A DNA stretch of 64,000 bases, taken from positions 1 to 64,000 of the IMG/VR virus record IMGVR_UViG_3300034524_000181; one strand, written 5' to 3'. Source of the DNA: a virus. The position numbers were made by a program, and so were the translations under genes. The first letter of the stretch is position 1; every line of letters starts with the position of its first letter. This document shows positions 49,681 through 60,758 of this stretch, piece after piece. The notes beneath the pieces were generated by a model. It had not been told where the DNA came from, did no database searches, and saw only the letters and a program-made list of their open reading frames with translations.

Positions 49681-50454
49681 TCACCTCCATCTGCTTTTAG
49701 CCATAATCTTCAGCTCCGAAAAAGTTGCTCCCGCCACTGAAACTGTTATTTCATTTTCACCTTTGTGCAGTATAGGAAAGTTAAGCTCATCCAAGCCTGC
49801 AAGCCCATTTCTAAGTGTATTTCCGTTTGCATCGGTAATTTTTGCAGTTACTAATCCACTATCAATGACAAGCACTTCATCTGCTGCCAAAGCCCCAAAT
49901 ACTCGTAGTTCTTCGCCATTTGTCGTAATAGAAATGTAGGTGGATGATGAGCTGCTGATTATCCCCTTAAGTTGATAAACCGGTTCTGAATCCGCATTCC
50001 CAGTTAACCTTTTAATTTCATGAGCACCAACACTGGAAATCGTAAATTGTTCATCTATCAGTGCATAGGCGTGTGGATCTGGACAAATAAATTTTAATTC
50101 AAAGGCTCCAGCAGTTCTAAGTAATCTCTCACAATCTACTTGTTCAGTAAGCCGAGCATAAAAGTATCGATCGGGAATATCCTCTAATACAAGCTGCTTG
50201 AGACCATTCATTGGATTAAGCCATTCTGCAATAGAGTCTAAAACGCTCACTAAATCTGCAAAACTCTTTTGAGGATATACATTACAGCTGATTGTTATGA
50301 TCCGCTCTGAACTATCACAACCAAAATCTGCAACTCCCGCCTTTCCTGGAACAACCTCATACGAATTTCGTAGAGCGGGCGATGCCTGCCACCTTGTAAG
50401 TTTTGCTTTTATCTTCATATTTTTTGAATTGATACCATTATAAACGAAGCCCAT
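49681..50454 (-). CDS. Distal tail protein (Dit)
   Basis: Paralog of 2528-3301. Confidence 0.85.
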   Translation of the reverse strand: MGFVYNGINSKNMKIKAKLTRWQASPALRNSYEVVPGKAGVADFGCDSSERIITISCNVYPQKSFADLVSVLDSIAEWLNPMNGLKQLVLEDIPDRYFYARLTEQVDCERLLRTAGAFELKFICPDPHAYALIDEQFTISSVGAHEIKRLTGNADSEPVYQLKGIISSSSSTYISITTNGEELRVFGALAADEVLVIDSGLVTAKITDANGNTLRNGLAGLDELNFPILHKGENEITVSVAGATFSELKIMAKSRWR

Positions 50455-50467
50455 ACATCGCCCTCCT

Positions 50468-53026
50468 TTATGCAGTTATAAATCTTCCTTGAGCTCGTGA
50501 TCCTGTTTGCATTAAATTATATAGCTCCTGTGAAATCTTCCGAATGTCGTCCTCACTTCGAACAATCATCTGCTGTATCGTAATTAATGAACCTTCAAAA
50601 GTTCCATAGCTGCTACTAATGCCAGCTCCATTCATATTCAGATTGGAGTTGATGTCAAAATCAGTAGGGATAGCATTTTGCATATCCTTACTAACACTAT
50701 TCATTGCTTTTTCAAAACCAACACCAATACCCTCTCCAAGGTTTTCGCCTATACCAGCAAATAATGTAGATGGTGAATGAATGCCAAAGAAATTTTTTAT
50801 TTTATCGACAACACCACCAAAAAAGCCTGAAATTTTATCCCAAAGCCAGGCTCCAGCATCTGAGATACCCTGCCATAATCCTTTGATCAAATTGGTTCCA
50901 ACCTGAGCCATTTGCCAAATTGAGCCTGTAAACCCTTTAACCAGTGCTGTAATAATTTGAGGTACAGCTTTTACAACCTCTACAATAATCGTTGGAAGGT
51001 TCTTAATCAGTGAAACTAACAGCATGATTCCCGCCTGAATAATCTGAGGTATGCTGCCAATAATAGCATTCACAAGAGAGGACACAATCTTTGGTATAGC
51101 AGTAATAACAGTCGAAATGATCTGTGGAAGATTTTGAACCAGTGCTACTAACAATTGCACTCCGGCATCAATAAACTGCGGAATTGAGCCCAAAATCGCT
51201 GTTATTAGCCCGTCGACAATTTGCGGAATTGCTTCTACAATTACTGTGATGATTTCTGGTAAAGCTGAAATTAAAGATGTTAGAAGTTGAATACCCGCTT
51301 CGATTATTTGAGGTATTGCACCAATAATAAAATCTACTATCCCAGTAATAATGACCGGCAATGCTGCAATCAACACTGGAAGAGCATCCAAAATACCCTG
51401 AGTTAGTCCAAGTACAAGCTGAAGTGCCGCCTCTAGGATCATTGGTAGGTTATCCAAAAGTGCCTGCACAATTTGTATCACTGCTGATACCGCAGCCGGA
51501 ATTAACTGTGGCAGTGCTTCTGCAATTCCACTGACAATAGTTCCGATCATTTGTACTCCTGCCGTAACAAGTGCTGGTAAAGTTTCAATGATTCCATTGA
51601 CTAATGTCATCAGTAGTATGACAGCCGCCTCTGTTATCTTCGGTAATGCAGAGGTAAGTCCTTGAACTAGAGAAATAATTATTTGAGAAGCAATATCCAC
51701 TACAATTGGCAACTGCTCAGAAATAAATTGAACTGCTTCTTCTAAGATTCCACCAAAAGCATCAATTAAGCCTTGAACACCATCTTTCTCAAAGGCTTGA
51801 GATAATTCATCAATCCAACCATTAACCATCGGAAGAACAGTTCCAGAAAGCATGGTTGTTAACCCTTCAGCAAGCTGCCCCTTTAACGAAGCAACTCCAT
51901 CCTCAAGAGTTGCCATTTGCCCAGAAAAAGTTTTGGATTGTGCTTCCATTGAACCATAGAAACGCCCACCTTCTGATGTTGCTGATGCAAATGCCTCCGC
52001 AACCATGTCTGCTGAAATTGCCCCTTTTGACATTTCCTCCTTGAGTTCACCGATGGATTTTCCGGTCTTACGTGAAATTTCCTCTAATGGGTTAAAGCCT
52101 GCATTAATCATTTGCATTAGGTCTTGCCCTGTTAACTTACCGGTTGAGGACATCTGTGCAAATGCTAAAGTTAAACTTTTGAATTTTTCGGCATCCCCCT
52201 GAGATATATCACCCAACTGTTTCATTCTTATTTGAGCTTCTTCTGCAGACATTCCAAAGCTCATAAGAGTTTGGGCTGATTGAGCAAGATCTTGCATTCC
52301 AAATGGAGTAGCCGCTGCTTCCTTTTTCAGATCATTCACTAACTTTTGTGCTTTTGCCTCATCGCCCAGCATGGTAGTAAACGATGCAGTATAACTTTCC
52401 ATTTGAGCGTTGTATTCAACGCCATCCTTCATCGCACCCACAAATGCTTTTCCTATTCCCGCAATAGCCGAGCCTAATGCTTTTACTCCACCGATTATGG
52501 CATCTGATAGCAGATTTGCTTTAAGTACATCTCCCAAAACAGAGGTTTTCTTAGTGGCATCATCCATTTCATTGCCAACATCATCAACATTATCAGCAAG
52601 TTCATCGGCTGCATCAGCAGCATCTTCCATGTTGTCAGCACTTTCATCTGTAGCATCGGAATGATCACGCAAACTCTTATTGTTATTTTCAAGTTCTCGT
52701 TCCATGCCATTGAGCTCAGCCAAAGCTTTATTTAATTGAATCTGCCAATTTTGAGTTCTACGATCATTTTCTCCGAAAGAAGTGGAGGCATTATCTAGTG
52801 CAGATCGTAGTGTCTCTATCTTTTCTTTTTGTGCATCGATCGTTTTTTCTAATATTTCATTACGCGCTGTTAAGGCTTGGATGGACTTATCATTTTTATC
52901 AAACTGGGAGCTGATTAGAGCCATCTCACTACCTAAGACTTTAAATGCCTGGTTAATATCACGAAGTGCATTTTTAAATTCCTTTTCGCCTTCCACTCCG
53001 ATTTTTAAACCGAAATTATCTGCCAA
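50468..53026 (-). CDS. Tape measure protein
   Basis: TTG start after GGAGG; AAATPF and GKLTGQDL tape-measure domain; GIHSPS. Confidence 0.9.
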   Translation of the reverse strand: MADNFGLKIGVEGEKEFKNALRDINQAFKVLGSEMALISSQFDKNDKSIQALTARNEILEKTIDAQKEKIETLRSALDNASTSFGENDRRTQNWQIQLNKALAELNGMERELENNNKSLRDHSDATDESADNMEDAADAADELADNVDDVGNEMDDATKKTSVLGDVLKANLLSDAIIGGVKALGSAIAGIGKAFVGAMKDGVEYNAQMESYTASFTTMLGDEAKAQKLVNDLKKEAAATPFGMQDLAQSAQTLMSFGMSAEEAQIRMKQLGDISQGDAEKFKSLTLAFAQMSSTGKLTGQDLMQMINAGFNPLEEISRKTGKSIGELKEEMSKGAISADMVAEAFASATSEGGRFYGSMEAQSKTFSGQMATLEDGVASLKGQLAEGLTTMLSGTVLPMVNGWIDELSQAFEKDGVQGLIDAFGGILEEAVQFISEQLPIVVDIASQIIISLVQGLTSALPKITEAAVILLMTLVNGIIETLPALVTAGVQMIGTIVSGIAEALPQLIPAAVSAVIQIVQALLDNLPMILEAALQLVLGLTQGILDALPVLIAALPVIITGIVDFIIGAIPQIIEAGIQLLTSLISALPEIITVIVEAIPQIVDGLITAILGSIPQFIDAGVQLLVALVQNLPQIISTVITAIPKIVSSLVNAIIGSIPQIIQAGIMLLVSLIKNLPTIIVEVVKAVPQIITALVKGFTGSIWQMAQVGTNLIKGLWQGISDAGAWLWDKISGFFGGVVDKIKNFFGIHSPSTLFAGIGENLGEGIGVGFEKAMNSVSKDMQNAIPTDFDINSNLNMNGAGISSSYGTFEGSLITIQQMIVRSEDDIRKISQELYNLMQTGSRAQGRFITA

Positions 53027-53052
53027 GATTACCTCCTCCTTTCGTTGAAAAA

Positions 53053-53256
53053 TCAAATCCCATAAGGAATAATGTCATCGATATAAAGTTCCCGCTTCGG
53101 TTTTGACATCCCAAGGAACTGCTTATGACACTCCCATAAATCCATAAGCAAGCCAATAGGTGTAAGCCATGTTTCCTCTTCAGTGCGATTTAAATGAACA
53201 GTTCCGTAATATAAAAGCCGGGTAAAGAGTTCATTCTCATTTACCCGGTTTGCACG
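53053..53256 (-). CDS. Tail assembly chaperone -1 frameshift extension (no own start codon)
   Basis: ...RVNENELFTRLLYYG...IPYGI*, homologous to 5529-5720; slippery site at 53256-53262. Confidence 0.75.
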   Translation of the reverse strand, partial: RANRVNENELFTRLLYYGTVHLNRTEEETWLTPIGLLMDLWECHKQFLGMSKPKRELYIDDIIPYGI

Positions 53257-53624
53257 TTTTTTGAGTCATCTTCAGACTCAATATTCCTTTTTGTTCCCTT
53301 GAACATAGCTTCTGTTAGAGCACTCTTATATGTCGCTAGTTCCAAAGGAGAAGTAAGAAGCTCAACTTCTTCTTGAGTAAGAAGCGGCTTTTTGTTATCT
53401 GGATTTCGCAGGTTATGAATGAGCAGGCTCTGATTGGCCATTAAAGTTATCAGCCAGACTATTTCATCCAGTGCCATTTCGAAGTTCTCAGACTTCATCA
53501 ATTTTTCACCCAAATTTTCAAGGCCACCATATCTACCCGCAATTTCTTTCGTGGCTTTAGTAGTAAGAATAAGTTCATACTCCTGCCCGCCAATATTAAT
53601 CATTGCACTTCGTTCTTTATCCAT
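53241..53624 (-). CDS. Tail assembly chaperone
   Basis: Paralog of 5717-6100. Confidence 0.8.
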   Translation of the reverse strand: MDKERSAMINIGGQEYELILTTKATKEIAGRYGGLENLGEKLMKSENFEMALDEIVWLITLMANQSLLIHNLRNPDNKKPLLTQEEVELLTSPLELATYKSALTEAMFKGTKRNIESEDDSKNVQTG

Positions 53625-53636
53625 TTCAATTCCCCC

Positions 53637-54239
53637 TTACTCTCCAATTCCACTAGAAGCTGCGAATGTGGGCTCATACACTTCGTTGAACCAGCTATTA
53701 ATAACCGTTGAAGTTACCCCTTCATCACCCTCGTTAACTTCCGCCTTCCATGGATGCTTACCTTGACCATCTAGCTTATTTCTTCGAAGCACTGTTCCTT
53801 CGATAGTTGGGGTTGAAAAAGTGATACTATCGCCTTTTGTCGCTAAGTTTGTTGCAGGAATTCCAAACTTCACACGATACAGCCAAAAGTATCGGTATTT
53901 ACCGTTTGCTTTTTGTGCTCTGAAGCCAATCGCAACTGGAGCTCCACCATCCTCACTGGTTGAGATGAGCACATGATTGTCATCAATGGTAGCTCCTGTT
54001 AAATCTCCGGCAGCTGCTACACCTATATCATCAATACCGAGTGTAAGGGTACCGCTTTTAAATTCTTTTACAATCTCAGCAGCACCATCATCTGCATAAA
54101 GAGTTGCCTCAGCAAGCTCAACGGAAAGTTCTGCACTGATTGCTTTTGCCAGAGGTTTCGGTGTTTCATAGGTTTCATCACCGTTTATGTCTTCAGTGAT
54201 TTTTGCATAATAAAGCCTATCAAGACCTATCGTAGCCAT
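53637..54239 (-). CDS. Major tail protein
   Basis: Paralog of 6100-6699. Confidence 0.88.
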   Translation of the reverse strand: MATIGLDRLYYAKITEDINGDETYETPKPLAKAISAELSVELAEATLYADDGAAEIVKEFKSGTLTLGIDDIGVAAAGDLTGATIDDNHVLISTSEDGGAPVAIGFRAQKANGKYRYFWLYRVKFGIPATNLATKGDSITFSTPTIEGTVLRRNKLDGQGKHPWKAEVNEGDEGVTSTVINSWFNEVYEPTFAASSGIGE

Positions 54240-54242
54240 TTC

Positions 54243-54596
54243 TTATTCCTCCATTTCCAATTGAAATTCATATGATTTAGCCACATCTATGGCATAATGG
54301 TGATAATCGGTATCATCCTCATGTCCAATGTACCGACGGTCCGTTATAGTAAAATCCGCACCCAAAAGAGTGCGGACAATAGTGTTTTTTATAGTTGTAT
54401 AATTTCCTTTTACAAATAAGGAAAGTCTAGCTTCCTGTACTTCATATCCTGGTGCATTATCAGCATGAACTTCGAATAAATCAATAAGTGGTGTAATTAC
54501 AATATAAATATCAGGAGGAACACCAGAAAACCGTCCTGTCTCTACTGGAATATTGCACATATCTGCAATGAATTTGAGTTCATTTAATATACTCAT
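54243..54596 (-). CDS. Tail terminator/completion protein
   Basis: Paralog of 6705-7049. Confidence 0.7.
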   Translation of the reverse strand: MSILNELKFIADMCNIPVETGRFSGVPPDIYIVITPLIDLFEVHADNAPGYEVQEARLSLFVKGNYTTIKNTIVRTLLGADFTITDRRYIGHEDDTDYHHYAIDVAKSYEFQLEMEE

Positions 54597-55024
54597 AAGT
54601 TTTCTACCTCCTGCTCAAACCTTTTCTTCATAGCGTCAATACATGCTTTTCTTGACGCACTTCTTGCAGGCTTTAAAAATGGTTTTGGTGGCTGACCTGA
54701 TTTTCCATATTCAATAATATTGGCTATCTTGGCATTACTTTCGCCATTTCTTCGTGGCTCCTTGAAACCCACCTTCACGTTAAAATTTCCATTCCTATCT
54801 ACTTTTGCCGGAGACAGTCCCAGGGAATTGACAAGCTCACCAGTAGACCGACTTTTCTCTTTTGTTCCACTACCAACTACAGCTTTCAAATTTGACATTA
54901 CCTTTTCTAAAACAATTTCTCCGCCTGACTCAAGTACTTTTGGAATAATTTCATCCGTCTTTTCTCCCAGTCTTGATAGTTTTAGAAGGAACTCCTCAGG
55001 CATTTTAACTTGTACTTTAGCCAC
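54593..55024 (-). CDS. HK97 gp10-family protein
   Basis: IEYGKSGQPPKPFLKPA. Confidence 0.85.
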   Translation of the reverse strand: MAKVQVKMPEEFLLKLSRLGEKTDEIIPKVLESGGEIVLEKVMSNLKAVVGSGTKEKSRSTGELVNSLGLSPAKVDRNGNFNVKVGFKEPRRNGESNAKIANIIEYGKSGQPPKPFLKPARSASRKACIDAMKKRFEQEVENL

Positions 55025-55352
55025 TTGACCCCACCACCTTTTTTGCCAAAACTTCAATATATATGCCTCTGCCTTTTACATCTTCAACATTTGTAATCTC
55101 ATAACGACCATCACTACACACAATCACCGTATTGGTAGACACCTCAACATCAGGTATCTTACGAAAGCAAAACAGAGCAGTCGCTTCAGAAAATACTGCT
55201 CGATTGGCCCATTTTTTATTACCATGACGTTCTTCTTTATAAGCACGAACAGAAGCAAGGATGATATCCTTAGATTTACCGAAACCTTCACTGTCTCTCG
55301 TTGTTTCAACGGATATGATATCAATAAAGGTGTTCATCTTACCAAAACTCAT
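55017..55352 (-). CDS. Head closure protein
   Basis: Paralog of 7494-7829. Confidence 0.8.
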   Translation of the reverse strand: MSFGKMNTFIDIISVETTRDSEGFGKSKDIILASVRAYKEERHGNKKWANRAVFSEATALFCFRKIPDVEVSTNTVIVCSDGRYEITNVEDVKGRGIYIEVLAKKVVGSSG

Positions 55353-55355
55353 ACT

Positions 55356-55676
55356 CTACACCTTCCAATCTCGGTCAAGTCTAAGCAGTAAATTTACAGT
55401 GTTCCAAACTTGTTGGCTTGCCTGGACGTTATCAGCAAAAAAGCCGCCAGTACTGCCATCTCGACTTTCATAGAAGTGAGATGATAACATGATGACGGCT
55501 TGCTCTGTAGTTGGTGGCATTTCATTTTCAGAATAATGTCCTTCTGGTAGGTGCTGATAACTCTCGGCATAAGCGATAGCGGTGTTGATATACATTTGAA
55601 GAAGCTCATCATCGCGTTCATGCTCGAGAATTAAGTTAGCTTTTACTTTTTCAAATAGAGTCATAACCGTCACCAT
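55356..55676 (-). CDS. Head-tail connector (gp6-like)
   Basis: Paralog of 7832-8140. Confidence 0.85.
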   Translation of the reverse strand: MVTVMTLFEKVKANLILEHERDDELLQMYINTAIAYAESYQHLPEGHYSENEMPPTTEQAVIMLSSHFYESRDGSTGGFFADNVQASQQVWNTVNLLLRLDRDWKV

Positions 55677-55683
55677 CCTTTTT

Positions 55684-55905
55684 TTAAGGCGTATCCGCAG
55701 TCATGATTCCTGCGGCTTTAAGCTTACTTAGTAAGGCATTAAAGTCTGTCACCAAAGCTTCTACAGTTTCCGCAGTACTTGCTGGTTGATTATCAAGAAC
55801 AGGGAGCCCAGTTACTTTGGCTCCCTCTTCAATTACAAGCTCTCCACCTATAACTGTCTTTTCCCCGCCTTGTTCGGTGTAGTTCTTTGCGTTATAGCTC
55901 ATCAT
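55684..55905 (-). CDS. Head fiber/decoration-like protein
   Basis: DFNALLSKLKAAG motif; follows capsid; absent from prophage A. Confidence 0.65.
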   Translation of the reverse strand: MMSYNAKNYTEQGGEKTVIGGELVIEEGAKVTGLPVLDNQPASTAETVEALVTDFNALLSKLKAAGIMTADTP

Positions 55906-55917
55906 TTACACCTCCCA

Positions 55918-57117
55918 TTAAGCCTTCTGCTGAAGAACTTTGATGGCTTCAGGTAAGATAAGCTTTCCATCTACACGCTGGCTCGCAAGGAAACCAACCT
56001 GCCCTGTGGTTGCAAAAAGCTCGTTTAAACGTTTGAAAGAACGTCCCTGTCTATCGGCAATCCAATAATATCCGAAATCACCGAAGGCAATAGTTTTAGC
56101 TCCAGCTTCAATAGTAGGAGCATAAGCTGAAGTATAAACCGGACGATTTAATAAAGTATCTGGAGTACCTGCTGTTAAAGAAGGCTGCCACAGATATTGA
56201 CCTTGACCGTCTTTCAGCTTACGGATTGCCTTTACTGTTGCATCATTCATCAGGAATACCGCGTTCTTTCTATATGGCGCTTTTAATGAGTAAACAAGAT
56301 CGATAATCTCATCTGCAGTAATAGCAGTTGCAGACCCTGCTGTCACTCCAAGCTGTGCTCCGCCTGTTGCGTTGAAAATACCAGTAGGTTTTCCATCTCC
56401 ATCTCCAACTAAAAAAGCTTCTTCTTCCTTAGCACCGATTCTACGGGCAAATTCAGTGGAGATATAATTCTCCAGATCAAATACACTGTCATTGAGAAGT
56501 TCATCAGAAACTTTAATCATTGTACCCAGCTTGTAAGCACCAATAGATGTCTGACCGAATACAGAATCACTCTCATCAAACTCCTCACCTTCGTCAAGCT
56601 AAGCAGCTGTGCCTTTGGTCACCACAACCGGGATTTTACGATCACCACTTGAAGTTTGAATAATCTTTGCAAGTTTACGGAATACATTCTCTTCCTCAAG
56701 AGTTTGAACCAAGGTGCTCTCAAATTCATCAGGAACAAGGTATCCTCCCTCAGAATCAGTGCCTACAGATAAGGCGTTTAACACATCATGACGAGGGTTT
56801 TTGCTACGCATTACGTTCCAGAATGCTTTCCTATATTCATCACTGGCTCTTCCGGTCTTTGTATCCATCCCTGGAACAGCTGGCTTTCCAGTAAGAGGCA
56901 TATTTACTGGCTTATTAAGCTCTGCTTCAAGAGCCTCTTGACGTTCCAATCTTGCTATTTCCTTACCGAGATTAATAATGTCTTCTTCCATTTTGTCATA
57001 GGTTGCTGCATCTTCTGCGGATACAAGCCCATCACTACCACGCTTTGAATCAAGAAATGCCTTTGCTGCTTCCCATGCTTTTGCGCGTTTTTCACGCAGT
57101 TCAAGAATTTTACTCAT
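55918..57117 (-). pseudogene. Major capsid protein interrupted by in-frame TAG (56599-56601)
   Basis: KGTAA*LDE aligns to KGTASWVDE of prophage A (TGG>TAG). Confidence 0.88.
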
Positions 57118-57128
57118 TTTTATTCCTC

Positions 57129-57809
57129 CTAATATTTCAATAAATTAAGCCGCTCATAAAGCGGCTCTACTGACTGTTTTACAACTGGTTTTTGAAGTTT
57201 ATTCATTAGTGAATTGGTCACTGCTCTTCTGCTGAATACAAAGCTGTCTTGTAGTGAACTCTCTCCTGGTTTGAACATAATGTCATCTGCAAAACCAAGC
57301 TCAACTGCCTTATTGGCGTTTAGCCAAGTTTCAGCATCCATCAGGTGCGACAACCTTGTTCTAGATAAGCCGGTTTTAAGCTCATATGCATTGATGATGC
57401 TCTCTTTCACTTCATCAAGCATTTGGATTGCTTTTTGCATCTCCTCACTATCGCCAATAGCTATGGTAAAGGGATTATGGATCATCATCAGTGAGGTAGG
57501 AGACATTAAGACTTCCGTCCCTGCCATAGCGATGACAGAAGCAGCTGATGCAGCAATACCGTCAATCTTTACAGTGACGTTTCCTTTATAATCCATTAGC
57601 ATGTTGTATATCTGAGATGCTGCAATACAATCACCACCAGGAGAGTTAATCCAAACTACTATGTCTCCTTCACCACTCATTAGCTCTTCTCTAAAAGCAG
57701 CTGGGGTAACATCATCCTCAAACCAACTCTCCTCGGCAATTGCACCGTTTAGATAGAGGGTTCGTGTCTGTGTATCTGTGTCGCGAACCCAATTCCAAAA
57801 TTTCTTCAT
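57129..57809 (-). CDS. Prohead protease, ClpP-like
   Basis: INSPGG, AASAAS. Confidence 0.9.
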   Translation of the reverse strand: MKKFWNWVRDTDTQTRTLYLNGAIAEESWFEDDVTPAAFREELMSGEGDIVVWINSPGGDCIAASQIYNMLMDYKGNVTVKIDGIAASAASVIAMAGTEVLMSPTSLMMIHNPFTIAIGDSEEMQKAIQMLDEVKESIINAYELKTGLSRTRLSHLMDAETWLNANKAVELGFADDIMFKPGESSLQDSFVFSRRAVTNSLMNKLQKPVVKQSVEPLYERLNLLKY

Positions 57810-59071
57810 TCAGGTTTTCCCTCCAATCCTTCTTTATTTGCGAAAATACCCGCATCTTCAAGTTTGGTCATATTGCCATTGATTAGATATAAATCTCCTC
57901 CAAGCTCTGGTGGGATTCGATCAAGGTTCTCAAGCTCCCTAATATCATTGGCACTCATCCAGCCGTTCTGTCTCGCGGTTGCATACCCATTCATTCGAGA
58001 AACATAATCACCTCGAAGCAGTCCATCTACATTGAACTTGGCAAAATAAAGTTTCTTTTCATCTGGCCTTAAAAGTGCTCGGCTGATGGTCTGCTCCCAA
58101 CGAATCACCCAAGGATCTAATGTGTATTTCACAAACTCCAGTGACTGTTGCTCAATATTAGAAAAGCTCGATTTTTCCAAGTCTCCTACCATATGTGGAG
58201 GTACGCGGAAAATTCGAGCGATTTCATTAATCTGAAATTTTCTTGTTTCTAAGAACTGAGCTTGTTCTGGTGAGATACCAATAGGCTGATACTTCATTCC
58301 TTCTTCAAGCACCGCTACACGATGAGAGTTACTGCTTCCCTGATAGGCTGCATTCCAACTATCCCGTACTTTTTGAGGGTCTTTAATGGTACCTGGATGC
58401 TCAAGTACCCCTCCTGGAGCAGCTCCGTTAGCAAAGAATTTAGCTCCATATTCCTCACAAGCAATTGCCATACCTATAGCATTCTTAGCCATTGCAATCG
58501 GCGAATAGCCCACTAGTCCATCAAAGCCTAAGCCAGGTATATGAAATACATCACTTGGTCTAAGTGTGACTGTCATACCTTTCATCGTAGGTGCTTCATC
58601 AGAATACTTAGTATAAGTATAATAAAGAGCGCCACTGGAATCCCGATCCACCGACATTCGATTAGGCATTAACGGATATAGTGCTATGACTTCGCCTTTG
58701 CCATTTCGAATAATTTGTGCATAGGCATTACCCCATAATAAAAGATGAGTCATTAACGTTTCTCGGAAAACGAAAGAACTCATCTCTGGATTTGGCTCAT
58801 CATGTAATAAAAAATACAGTGGATGAGAAAGTGCTTTCTCCTTACCACCGCTATCAGTGTGTTTATATAAGTGAAGGGGAAGTCCTGCCACAGCTTCTGC
58901 TAGTATTCTTACGCAAGAATAGACCGCAGTCATTTGCATTGCTGTATGCTCGTTTACTGGTTTACCGCTTGTTGTACCACCAAAAAAGAAGCTGTAATTG
59001 CTCCCTATGGTTCGGTTCTGAGGTTTATCACGTGCTTTGAAAATATTCGAAAACAATCCCATCTGCATCAC
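57806..59071 (-). CDS. Portal protein
   Basis: Paralog of 10042-11364. Confidence 0.93.
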   Translation of the reverse strand: MMQMGLFSNIFKARDKPQNRTIGSNYSFFFGGTTSGKPVNEHTAMQMTAVYSCVRILAEAVAGLPLHLYKHTDSGGKEKALSHPLYFLLHDEPNPEMSSFVFRETLMTHLLLWGNAYAQIIRNGKGEVIALYPLMPNRMSVDRDSSGALYYTYTKYSDEAPTMKGMTVTLRPSDVFHIPGLGFDGLVGYSPIAMAKNAIGMAIACEEYGAKFFANGAAPGGVLEHPGTIKDPQKVRDSWNAAYQGSSNSHRVAVLEEGMKYQPIGISPEQAQFLETRKFQINEIARIFRVPPHMVGDLEKSSFSNIEQQSLEFVKYTLDPWVIRWEQTISRALLRPDEKKLYFAKFNVDGLLRGDYVSRMNGYATARQNGWMSANDIRELENLDRIPPELGGDLYLINGNMTKLEDAGIFANKEGLEGKPE

Positions 59072-59080
59072 TCTCCTTTG

Positions 59081-60679
59081 CTACAAAATAAGAAGCCCTC
59101 GACCGTCATAAACAGAATTTCCTGATCCACCTTTGCGGATTGCTCGGTCAAGAGCCATAATGGTAGCGACAGCTCCATCGATTCTTTCAGTTGATTTTTC
59201 TTTATCAGGCTTGATATTCCCAGCAGGATCAGTACGTATAAAGATATTATCCATCATCCATCGCAAAACCGGATGTCCACCATGGGCCAGTTTCTCCTCT
59301 AAGGTAAGCTTCATTAATTCCTTTGTAGGTGGACTCATATCTTTAAATCCCTGACCAAAAGGAACTACCGTAAATCCTAGGTTTTCTAGGTTCTGAGTCA
59401 TTTGCACAGCTCCCCAACGGTCAAAGGCTATTTCTCGGATGTTATATTTCATACCAAGTTCTTCAATAAAACTTTCAATGTAACCATAATGCACCACATT
59501 TCCTTCAGTGGTGTGTAAAAACCCCTGTTTCTCCCATACGTCATAAGGTACATGATCACGCTTTACCCTTTGATCCAGATTATCTTCCGGAATCCAGAAA
59601 TAGGGAAGGATGATATATTTATCTCCCTCATACTCAGGCGGGAAGATAAGAACAAATGCTGTAATGTCAGTGGTAGAAGATAAGTCCAAACCACCATAGC
59701 ATGCACGCCCTACAAGGCTTTCTGGGTTTATAGTAAATGCACATTTATCCCACTTTTCCATAGGCATCCAGCGTACCGACTGTTTAACCCATTGATTTAA
59801 ACGGAGTTGTCTAAACAGGTTCTCTTCTGCTGGATTTTGCTTTGCACTTTCACAAGCAATATGAATCTTTTCTATGTCAACGGTAATGCCCATTGAGGGG
59901 TTGGCTTTCGCCCACACCTTTGGATCGGTCCAGTCATCATTCTCATCAGCACCATAAATAACTGGATAAAATGTAGGGTCAACCTTTCGCCCTTCAAGGA
60001 TGTCTTTAGCCTTTTGATGCACCTCGTAACAAATGGAGTGTGTATCATTTCCGGCAGTCGTAATTAAGAAATACAGTGGCTGCTTTCTTGCATCACCAGA
60101 GCCATGAGTCATGACATCGTAAAGCTGTCTATTTGGCTGAGCATGAAGTTCGTCAAATACCACACCATGCACATTTAGTCCATGCTTGGTATATGCCTCT
60201 GCAGATAAAACTTGATAGAAACTACCTAGAGGTTTATAAACAAGTCGTTTTTGCGATAGTACCGGTTTAATTCTTGCTTTCAGAGCTGGACATTGTTCTA
60301 CCATATCCACTGCTACATCAAAAACAATGGAAGCTTGCTGTCTGTCAGATGCACATCCATATACTTCACCACCATGCTCAAAATCGCCACAAGTAAGCAG
60401 TAAGGCAACCGCTGCTGCAAGTTCAGATTTTCCTTGCTTTTTAGCGATTTCGATATATGCAGTATTAAATTGACGGTAGCCATTGGGCTTTAAAATTCCA
60501 AAAACATCGCGGATAATCTGTTCCTGCCAGTCTATCAATTCAAATGGCTGCCCATACCATTCTCCCTTGGTATGCTTTAAGCAATTAATAAAAGACACCG
60601 CATTATCTGCAGCGTCCTTATCATATACCGAACCATCCGCCTTAAAGATGGTCGGCTTATATTTTTTTAGTTTACGTAT
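59081..60679 (-). CDS. terL: Terminase large subunit
   Basis: Paralog of terL in A; ATA codon 8 nt after GGAGG (the GTG at 60688 overlaps the SD). Confidence 0.92.
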   Translation of the reverse strand: MRKLKKYKPTIFKADGSVYDKDAADNAVSFINCLKHTKGEWYGQPFELIDWQEQIIRDVFGILKPNGYRQFNTAYIEIAKKQGKSELAAAVALLLTCGDFEHGGEVYGCASDRQQASIVFDVAVDMVEQCPALKARIKPVLSQKRLVYKPLGSFYQVLSAEAYTKHGLNVHGVVFDELHAQPNRQLYDVMTHGSGDARKQPLYFLITTAGNDTHSICYEVHQKAKDILEGRKVDPTFYPVIYGADENDDWTDPKVWAKANPSMGITVDIEKIHIACESAKQNPAEENLFRQLRLNQWVKQSVRWMPMEKWDKCAFTINPESLVGRACYGGLDLSSTTDITAFVLIFPPEYEGDKYIILPYFWIPEDNLDQRVKRDHVPYDVWEKQGFLHTTEGNVVHYGYIESFIEELGMKYNIREIAFDRWGAVQMTQNLENLGFTVVPFGQGFKDMSPPTKELMKLTLEEKLAHGGHPVLRWMMDNIFIRTDPAGNIKPDKEKSTERIDGAVATIMALDRAIRKGGSGNSVYDGRGLLIL

Positions 60680-60758
60680 AGCCGCCACCTCCTTATGGAT
60701 ACGAAAAAAGGAACCCCCTAAGAGTTCCTTAATATTTTATATAGTTGATTAGGCTATT

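Noticed and set aside
56599-56601. Amber recoding in prophage B (capsid TAG; several TAG stops in frame with the next gene)
   Set aside because: Only one internal TAG, at a Trp position; the other TAGs end genes where their paralogs end, so a point mutation is simpler
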